NCBI GenBank assembly: GCA_046331245.1 | Contig: JAXLRH010000002.1 | Coordinates: forward strand, 402,587 to 466,586 | Direction of reading: 5' to 3' | Length of the DNA stretch: 64,000 bases | Origin: Acidimicrobiales bacterium | GTDB lineage: Bacteria; Actinomycetota; Acidimicrobiia; Acidimicrobiales; Microtrichaceae | Shown here: positions 57,458 through 64,000 of the stretch, piece by piece | How positions within the stretch are numbered: position 1 is the first letter of the stretch | How the letters are laid out: every line of letters begins with the position of its first letter | The notes under the pieces: generated by a model | What the model was told of the DNA's origin: nothing | Database searches by the model: none | What the model saw: only the letters and a program-made list of their open reading frames with translations | Position numbers and translations under genes: made by a program

Positions 57458-57973
57458 TCAGTCCTCGGTCCAGACCCCGTCGTCGGAGTACGGACGCTGG
57501 CGAGCCGGCGCCGCCTCACGCGACCACACCATCACCTTGCGGCGGAAGTAGCAGACCTCCACGCCGTCCTGGTTGAAGCCCTTGGTCTCGACCTTGACGA
57601 TGCCGCGCTTGCCGTCGGAGAGCTCGCGCTTCTCCAGCACGCGGGTCTCGGCGTAGATCGTGTCGCCGTGGAACGTGGGGTTCTTGTGCTGGAGCGTCTC
57701 GACCTCGAGGTTGGCGATGGCCGCGCCCGACACGTCCGGGACGCTCATGCCGAGCACGAGCGAGTACACGAGGTTGCCGACGACCACGTTGCGCCCCTGG
57801 GGGGTGCTCGCCGCGTACCAGTCGTTGGTGTGCAGCGGGTGGTGGTTCATCGTGATCATGCAGAACAGATGATCGTCGTACTCGGTGATCGTCTTGCCGG
57901 GCCAGTGCTTGTAGATGTCGCCGATCTCGAAGTCCTCGAGGTGGCGACCGAAGGGGCGATCGTGCGTAGTCAC
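57458..57973 (-). CDS. MaoC-like (R)-specific enoyl-CoA hydratase (hotdog fold)
   Basis: GTG start VTTHDRPFGRHLEDFEIGDIY. Hotdog dehydratase motif. Confidence 0.8.
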   Translation of the reverse strand: MTTHDRPFGRHLEDFEIGDIYKHWPGKTITEYDDHLFCMITMNHHPLHTNDWYAASTPQGRNVVVGNLVYSLVLGMSVPDVSGAAIANLEVETLQHKNPTFHGDTIYAETRVLEKRELSDGKRGIVKVETKGFNQDGVEVCYFRRKVMVWSREAAPARQRPYSDDGVWTED

Positions 57974-58085
57974 GGTGCGCCACGGTAGCCGGAAAGGTTC
58001 AGGCGGCCCACCGGGGGGCCGAAAAGGACCTATCGAAGTCTCAGGGAGCAGCGCGGCGTTGACGTCGCCCGGAGCGGGCGACCCG

Positions 58086-60707
58086 GTGGTCGACGGGCGC
58101 GCCCCGGCCAAGGCCGAGAGCTCGCTCCGCGAGGACTTCTGGCGCCGTGTGCTGTTCGGCCGGTGGGGCATCGCCATCGGGTTGTCGCTCGTCTTCGCGC
58201 TCACCCCGAGCTTCGGGCCCGGCCGGGGCTGGATCGCGCTCGGCATGGCGGCGGGCTCCTGCGCCCAGAGCACCGTCCTGTGGCGGGTCATCTCCCGGCA
58301 CGGCAGCCTGCCGCGCGCCTGCACCGTGTCGGACCACGTGTTCGTGGCGATCGCCGGCATCATCGCCCCGGCGACGCTCACCTGGGGGATGATCGTGCTG
58401 GCGATCACCCTGCCGCTTGCGGTGATCGCCTACCAGCGGGGGTTCGCGACGCGACTCGTCGCGGTCTCGACGCCGGCCTTCCTCGTCATCTGCCTGATCC
58501 GCCAGCCTGACCTGTGGCCCATCGGCCTCGCCATCTTCGCCATCGGCGGCCTCGGCAGCGTGTCCCTCGTGGGCTTCGCGACCGAGGAGGAGCAGCGGGT
58601 GCGGGCCCGCTACGGCGACATCCTCGACCAGCTGCAGGTCGTGGTGTTCGAGTCGCCCGGCATCGGCCAGCAGCTCTCGTACGTGAACGACCACGTCGGC
58701 AACATGCTCGGCTTCACCCGCGCCGACTGGCTCCAGCCGTCGTGGTGGGAGTCACGGCTCCACCCCGACGACCACGCCGTCTGGACCGACTCCAACGACC
58801 GCACGATCGCCGGCCAGTCCCACCAGGCCAGCTACCGCATGTACGCCGAGGACGGTCGCCTCGTCCACATCCTCGAGATCACGCGGGTGCTCGACGTCGG
58901 CCGCGGCCGCACCAAGATCCGCGGCGTGCTCGTCGACGTCACCCGCCAGGCGAAGGCCGAGGCCGAGGCGAGTCAGCTCGGCATGTTCGTCGACCAGATC
59001 CCGCTCGCGCTCCAGATCCTCGAGATCGAGGACCCCGACGACATCTCCGCCATCCGCATGGTGGCCGCCAACCGCATGGCCTGTGACAACGTCGAGGCGA
59101 CGCTGGAGGACCTCAAGGCGAAGTGGCCACGCGAGTACGCCACCATCGACAGCCAGCCCGGCAACCTCGAGGCGTTCGCTGCCGTGCGCCGCACGGGCGA
59201 GGCGCTCACCGACTACGAGCGGCCGTGGGTGGACCGCAACGGCGCCGACCGCCGCGTGAACATCGAGGCGTTCGCTCTCGGCGGCAACTACGTGGGCGTC
59301 TCGTACGAGGACATCACCGATCGCGCCAACGCCGAGGCGGCGCTCCGCCACCAGGCCAACCACGACGCCCTGACCGGCCTCCCCAACCGCGTGCTGCTCG
59401 CCGAGCGCCTCGACGCCGCGTTGCGGGCGCTGCGCGAGGAGGAAGCCGACCGCGGCGACGACGCGCTCACCGGCACGGGTGCGCTCCTGATGATGGACCT
59501 CAACCAGTTCAAGGAGGTCAACGACGCCCTCGGTCACCACCACGGCGACCGCCTCCTCGTCGAGCTGAGCAGCCGCCTGCGCGAGATCGCCGGGGGCCGG
59601 CACGTCATCGCCCGTCTCGGCGGCGACGAGTTCGCCATGATCATCGAAGGGGGCACCACCCGCGTCGCGTTCGAGGTGGCGACCGAGATCGGGCGCCGCT
59701 TCGCCGAGCCGACCGTGATCGACGGGGTGACCCTGCAGTCGAACGTGAGCGTCGGCATCGCCCTGTACCCGGAGCACGCCGACGACGCCGACGGCCTGAT
59801 GCAGCGTGCCGACGCGGCCATGTACCGCGCCAAGAAGGGCGGCACCGGCGTCTCCCTCTTCACCCCCGACCAGTCCACGGCGGGCATCCGCCGGCTCCAG
59901 CTCCTCAGCGACCTCCGCACCGCGGTCGGCAACGACGAGCTCATGCTGCACTACCAGCCCCGCGTCGACTTCGGCACCGGACAGATCGAGGGCCTCGAGG
60001 CGCTCGTGCGATGGGAGCACCCCACCTGGGGCCTGCTGCCCCCGGACGAGTTCATCGGGCTGGCCGAGGTGTCGGGCCTCATCCAGGACCTCACGCAGTT
60101 CGTCATCCGCGCCGCCGTCGCCGACTGCGCACGCCTCCGCGAGATCGGCCACTCGCTGCCGGTCGCGATCAACCTCTCGGTGCGCAACCTCTACTCCCCC
60201 GACCTCGTCGAGGGCATCCTCACCTCGCTCGCCGCCCACTCGCTGCCGTCGGAGCTGCTGCGCGTCGAGCTCACCGAGAGCGAGATCATGGACGACCCGG
60301 CCATCGCCATGCAGGTGCTGCAGCGCCTGCGGAGCGAGGGCGTGCAGGTGAGCATCGACGACTTCGGCACGGGGTACTCGTCCCTCTCCTACCTCCGCGA
60401 CCTGCCCATCGACGAGATCAAGATCGACCGCTCGTTCGTCGCCGACATCACGGACGGCGACGACGTCGTGGTGCGCTCGATCATCGATCTCGGCCACGCC
60501 CTCGGCGTGCTCGTCGCCGGCGAGGGCGTGGAGACGGTGCAGCAGTGGGAGCACCTGCGGCGGCTGGGCTGCGACGTCGCCCAGGGGTACCTGATCAGCC
60601 GCCCGCTGGCGTTCGAGACGCTGGTGCGGTTCCTCCACGATCGGGCCGAGTTCGGCACCGACGGACTGCCCACCTCCACCTTGGGAGCGCCGGTTACCCG
60701 CGGGTAA
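58086..60707 (+). CDS. membrane sensor with PAS, GGDEF and EAL domains (c-di-GMP turnover)
   Basis: N-terminal TM helices. PAS-like segments. GGDEF with an intact RLGGDEF. EAL with ELTES and a DDFGTGYSSL loop. Start uncertain (GTG at 58086 chosen). Confidence 0.85.
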   Translation: MVDGRAPAKAESSLREDFWRRVLFGRWGIAIGLSLVFALTPSFGPGRGWIALGMAAGSCAQSTVLWRVISRHGSLPRACTVSDHVFVAIAGIIAPATLTWGMIVLAITLPLAVIAYQRGFATRLVAVSTPAFLVICLIRQPDLWPIGLAIFAIGGLGSVSLVGFATEEEQRVRARYGDILDQLQVVVFESPGIGQQLSYVNDHVGNMLGFTRADWLQPSWWESRLHPDDHAVWTDSNDRTIAGQSHQASYRMYAEDGRLVHILEITRVLDVGRGRTKIRGVLVDVTRQAKAEAEASQLGMFVDQIPLALQILEIEDPDDISAIRMVAANRMACDNVEATLEDLKAKWPREYATIDSQPGNLEAFAAVRRTGEALTDYERPWVDRNGADRRVNIEAFALGGNYVGVSYEDITDRANAEAALRHQANHDALTGLPNRVLLAERLDAALRALREEEADRGDDALTGTGALLMMDLNQFKEVNDALGHHHGDRLLVELSSRLREIAGGRHVIARLGGDEFAMIIEGGTTRVAFEVATEIGRRFAEPTVIDGVTLQSNVSVGIALYPEHADDADGLMQRADAAMYRAKKGGTGVSLFTPDQSTAGIRRLQLLSDLRTAVGNDELMLHYQPRVDFGTGQIEGLEALVRWEHPTWGLLPPDEFIGLAEVSGLIQDLTQFVIRAAVADCARLREIGHSLPVAINLSVRNLYSPDLVEGILTSLAAHSLPSELLRVELTESEIMDDPAIAMQVLQRLRSEGVQVSIDDFGTGYSSLSYLRDLPIDEIKIDRSFVADITDGDDVVVRSIIDLGHALGVLVAGEGVETVQQWEHLRRLGCDVAQGYLISRPLAFETLVRFLHDRAEFGTDGLPTSTLGAPVTRG

Positions 60708-60717
60708 CCTGGCGCAC

Positions 60718-62334
60718 ATGACTGAGCTCTCCGCCGCCGCAGACGCCATCGAGGCCGCCAACCAGGTCGTCGCCTCGGGCATCGCCCGCCTCGCCGAGAT
60801 CGGCATCGACGACAACCAGGTGCTGGCCTACGACGTGGCCCACGCCGCGGCGGCCGTGCAGACGAGCCAGAGCCTGCTGGGTTACGGCAACAAGGGCGAG
60901 GTCGAGGCCGCGATCACGAACGCGTTCGTCGCCGACGCGGTCGCAGAGCTGGCCGGCAAGCTCTTCGGTCGCGAAGCCGAGTGGGGCGTCGCCCCCGGGG
61001 CCCTCGACGGCACCCGCGAGTTCGTCGCCGCCCACCGCGACCCGGCGTTCCTCGCCTCGCTCGCCGGCCTCACCGGCAAGGGCGGCGGCCCCCGCCACCT
61101 GAGCGACGACTTCGAGATGGTGCAGGACGCGTTCCGCCGCTTCGCCGACGAGAAGCTGAAGCCCGTCGCCGAGCACATCCACCGCCACAACGGCGACATC
61201 CCCGAGGACATCATCACCGGCCTCGCCGAGATGGGGGCGTTCGGCCTCAGCATCGGCGAGGAGTACGGCGGCTTCGCGTCGGGCACCGACGCCGACTACA
61301 TCGGCATGGTCGTCGCGACCGAGGAGCTCTCCCGTGGCTCGCTCGGCGCCGGCGGCTCGCTCATCACCCGTCCCGAGATCCTCGCCCGCGCCCTCGAGGC
61401 CGGCGGCACCGAGGAGCAGAAGCAGCAGTGGCTCCCGCTGCTCGCCTCCGCCGAGGTCATGAACGCGGTCGCCGTGACCGAGCCCGACTACGGCTCCGAC
61501 GTCGCTGGCGTCACCGTCATGGCCACGCCCGAGCACGTCGACGGCGTCGACGGCTACGTCATCAACGGCGTGAAGACGTGGTGCACGTTCGGCGCCCGCG
61601 CCGACGTCCTCATGCTGCTGGCCCGCACCGATCCCGACCGCACGATCGGCCACCGCGGCCTGTCGATGTTCATCCTCCCCAAGCTGCGCGGCGAGGGCCA
61701 CGGGTTCGTCGTCCACCAGAACGACATGGAGGGCCCCGGCGCCGGGAAGATGGAGGGGCGCCCGATCGACACCATCGGCTACCGCGGCATGCACTCCTAC
61801 GAGATCGCCCTTGAGAACTGGTTCGTGCCGGCCGACAACCTGATCGGCCTGGAGGGCGGCAAGGGCAAGGGCTTCTACTACCAGATGGCCGGTTTCGAGA
61901 ACGGCCGTCTGCAGACCGCCGCCCGCGCCATCGGCGTCATGCAGGCCGCCTACGAGGCCGCCAAGGTCTACGCCGACGATCGCAAGGTGTTCGGCCAGCC
62001 CATCAGCGAGTACCAGCTCACGCAGGCCAAGCTCGCCCGCATGGCCGTCCTCATCCAGGCGTCACGGCAGTTCGCGTACGACGTGGCACGCCTGATGGCG
62101 AAGGGCGAGGGCACGCTGGAGGCGTCGCTCATCAAGGCCTACGTCTGCAAGGCGGCCGAGTGGGTGACCCGTGAGGCGATGCAGATCCACGGCGGCATGG
62201 GCTACGCCGAGGAGTACGACGTGAGCCGCTACTTCGTCGACGCCCGCGTGCTGTCGATCTTCGAGGGCGCCGACGAGACGCTCTGCCTCAAGGTCATCGC
62301 CCGCCAGCTGGTCGCCAACCACCAGAAGGGCTGA
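60718..62334 (+). CDS. acyl-CoA dehydrogenase family protein (long N-terminal extension)
   Basis: 538 aa. ACAD middle and C-terminal domains. Confidence 0.88.
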   Translation: MTELSAAADAIEAANQVVASGIARLAEIGIDDNQVLAYDVAHAAAAVQTSQSLLGYGNKGEVEAAITNAFVADAVAELAGKLFGREAEWGVAPGALDGTREFVAAHRDPAFLASLAGLTGKGGGPRHLSDDFEMVQDAFRRFADEKLKPVAEHIHRHNGDIPEDIITGLAEMGAFGLSIGEEYGGFASGTDADYIGMVVATEELSRGSLGAGGSLITRPEILARALEAGGTEEQKQQWLPLLASAEVMNAVAVTEPDYGSDVAGVTVMATPEHVDGVDGYVINGVKTWCTFGARADVLMLLARTDPDRTIGHRGLSMFILPKLRGEGHGFVVHQNDMEGPGAGKMEGRPIDTIGYRGMHSYEIALENWFVPADNLIGLEGGKGKGFYYQMAGFENGRLQTAARAIGVMQAAYEAAKVYADDRKVFGQPISEYQLTQAKLARMAVLIQASRQFAYDVARLMAKGEGTLEASLIKAYVCKAAEWVTREAMQIHGGMGYAEEYDVSRYFVDARVLSIFEGADETLCLKVIARQLVANHQKG

Positions 62335-62344
62335 CCGCCGTCCT

Positions 62345-62394
62345 GTTTTGTACCTCGGATCGACCGGCGAGCCGGTCGATCCGGGGTACAAAAC
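62345..62394. terminator. 50-bp near-perfect palindrome between convergent genes: GTTTTGTACCTCGGATCGACCGGC-ga-GCCGGTCGATCCGGGGTACAAAAC
   Basis: 24-bp arms with a single mismatch, 10 nt after the acyl-CoA dehydrogenase stop. It shares the GTTTTG/CAAAAC termini with palindromes A and B but has a different core. Confidence 0.55.
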
Positions 62395-62425
62395 GAGGGT
62401 TGAGCGGGGGTGGGTCGGGCGCGGC

Positions 62426-63655
62426 TCAGGCTGCGGCCGGGTGCAGGTCGGCCGGCGTGAGCTGCTCGTCGAGCAGGCGGGCGAAGCGGACCGGATCGCC
62501 GCCCACCCACGCACGGCACAGCCGGTGCCCTTCGGCGTAGCAGAACACGTACGCCCGCCACGTGGGGTCGTTGAGGAAGCGGACGATCTGCGTGGCGCGG
62601 GCCTCGTCGACGACGAACCAGCGCTGCGCCGTCGCGATGACGTCCTCGACGGAACGGCCGTCGGCGTGGAGGTACATGGCGAGCGTGCCGCGAGCGCGGG
62701 CCGTCACCTCGGAGAAGTGCGCCATGGCGGCGACCGGCTCGACCTCGTAGTTCACCCCGGCCGCCTCCAGCATCGGCGCCACGGCGGGAACGGGGTCGGC
62801 GCCCATGAGCGCCTCGAGCCCGAGGTCGGCAAGGCCCTCCGAGATCAGGCACGACGGCGTGCCGATGAGCGCGATCGTCTCCTCGACGCGGTCGCCCGAG
62901 CGCACCAGGCCCGCCTCCTTGTGGCACGCCTCGGCATGGTGGCCGGGGTACGCCTCGTGGGCGACGAGATGGGCGATCGAGGTGGACAGCACCGGCAGGT
63001 CGGTGTTGATCGTGACGAGGCTGTGGAAGCCGCCCTGGTACACGTTGAAGCCCGACCACGGCTTGTCGCTCACGAGGTCGAACGTGACCCGCTCGCCGGC
63101 GGGCATCCCGAACGCAGCGATCGTCCGCTCCTGCAGCACCTGCGCCAGGTTGTCGATCACCTCCCGGAGTCGGTCGACGGGGATGACGTGGCGGTCACGC
63201 AACGCCGCGGTGCGCTCGGCCAACGGCGCTGCGGTGCCACCGCCGGGCGAGCGGAGCGTGCGGTCGAGCTCGCGCTGCGCCTCGAACACCTCGTCGTCGG
63301 TGATGCGCTGGGGCCGCACGCCGAAGCACAGCTCCACCTCGTCGACGAAGTCGAGGGTGTCGCCGTGCAGCATCCGGGCGACGGTGTGGAGGCCGACGGC
63401 CTGCGACCGCAACCAGCGGCGGCGTTGGGTGTCGAGCTGGTGGTCGGCGACGCTGGCATCGCCGTCGATGTCGACGATCAGCTCACGCGCCTCCTCGACG
63501 AGGTGACCGGCAGGCACCACCGGGGCCGCGTCGATCGCGTCACGCCATGCGGGCGGCCCGTAGTACGAGTCGACGATGTCGGGATTGTGCCGGCCCAGGC
63601 GGAGGCCCAGCTCGACGTAGCGGCGGACGAGCTCGGGCGCTCCGTCGCCGATCAC
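62426..63655 (-). CDS. putative metallopeptidase-like protein (HExxPGHH motif; DUF885-like)
   Basis: VAHEAYPGHH motif. The GTG start overlaps the upstream stop. The family assignment is tentative. Confidence 0.5.
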   Translation of the reverse strand: MIGDGAPELVRRYVELGLRLGRHNPDIVDSYYGPPAWRDAIDAAPVVPAGHLVEEARELIVDIDGDASVADHQLDTQRRRWLRSQAVGLHTVARMLHGDTLDFVDEVELCFGVRPQRITDDEVFEAQRELDRTLRSPGGGTAAPLAERTAALRDRHVIPVDRLREVIDNLAQVLQERTIAAFGMPAGERVTFDLVSDKPWSGFNVYQGGFHSLVTINTDLPVLSTSIAHLVAHEAYPGHHAEACHKEAGLVRSGDRVEETIALIGTPSCLISEGLADLGLEALMGADPVPAVAPMLEAAGVNYEVEPVAAMAHFSEVTARARGTLAMYLHADGRSVEDVIATAQRWFVVDEARATQIVRFLNDPTWRAYVFCYAEGHRLCRAWVGGDPVRFARLLDEQLTPADLHPAAA

Positions 63656-64000
63656 CGGAGGGTCGACCGGAAGAAGCCGAGCGTCTCGTCCCACGCCTCC
63701 GCCGACGCCGCTGCGTCGTACACCTCGGGGCGCGTGTCGTTGAAGAACGCGTGGTGGGTGCCGGGGTGGATCACGAACGAGGCGTCCTTGCCGGCGGCCT
63801 CGAGCTTGGCCGCCATGTCGGCGACGGCGGGCGGACCGAAGTACTCGTCGTATTCGGCGTAGTGGCCGTGGATGGGCGCCGTGACCTTCGTCCAGTCCGG
63901 CTGCGCGCCCTCCCACGGGATGAGGCCGTAGTAAGGAGCGCACGCGCCGACCGCATCGGGGCGAGCACACGCCAGCACGAGGGCGAGGCCGCCGCCCATG
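63652..64000 (-). CDS. dienelactone-hydrolase-family protein, C-terminal part (start beyond window end)
   Basis: ...HGHYAEYDEYFGPPAVADMAAKLEAAGKDASFVIHPGTHHAFFNDTRPEVY is a typical DLH C-terminus. Confidence 0.7.
   Translation of the reverse strand, partial: MGGGLALVLACARPDAVGACAPYYGLIPWEGAQPDWTKVTAPIHGHYAEYDEYFGPPAVADMAAKLEAAGKDASFVIHPGTHHAFFNDTRPEVYDAAASAEAWDETLGFFRSTLR

Overview
This is a high-GC (roughly 70%+) chromosomal segment that resembles an actinobacterial genome (Actinobacteria, possibly Acidimicrobiia-like). Supporting content includes an F420-type PPOX enzyme, a DprE2-like reductase, WbbL-like glycosyltransferases and a HelZ-like helicase with a SWIM partner. It is densely coded with about 70 genes. 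Adjacent genes very often overlap by 4 nt (GTGA or ATGA start/stop overlaps), and GTG starts are frequent. I could not recognise a single dedicated transcription factor anywhere in the 64 kb.

Core content:
- Pyruvate/2-oxoacid dehydrogenase parts: an E2 fragment at the window start, lpd, and aceE.
- rnhA.
- A HelZ-like SNF2 helicase translationally coupled to a SWIM zinc-finger protein.
- A trans-aconitate methyltransferase.
- A cell-envelope glycan locus: two WbbL-like GT2 genes, a Wzx-like flippase, a GT4 gene and an FkbM methyltransferase, with a vapBC toxin-antitoxin pair at its edge.
- A flotillin-like SPFH protein.
- A four-gene lipoprotein / membrane-fusion-protein / MacB-like ABC exporter.
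- ilvA and mutY.
- A beta-class DNA methyltransferase with an extra C-terminal domain.
- A PAS-GGDEF-EAL membrane sensor.
- Two acyl-CoA dehydrogenases.

The most unusual features are:
- A remodelled, split Fe-S cluster assembly (suf) locus. In the sufB-sufD-Rieske-sufC cluster, three unrelated genes (PPOX-like, a 4-Cys small protein and an EVE/PUA protein) are inserted between sufB and sufD. A tandem duplicate of the sufB 3' terminus lies next to that insertion. A second sufC-sufS-sufU cluster sits 12 kb away behind an AT-rich inverted repeat. No sufR or sufT is present.
- A family of about 52-bp near-perfect palindromic elements, with two full copies in opposite orientation and a degenerate third arm. 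They have GTTTTG...CAAAAC termini and flanking low-complexity repeats. One copy sits in the sufB leader.

Line-based coordinates may be off by 1-2 nt. CDS coordinates are anchored to the supplied ORF table and refined by counting residues to the most plausible start.
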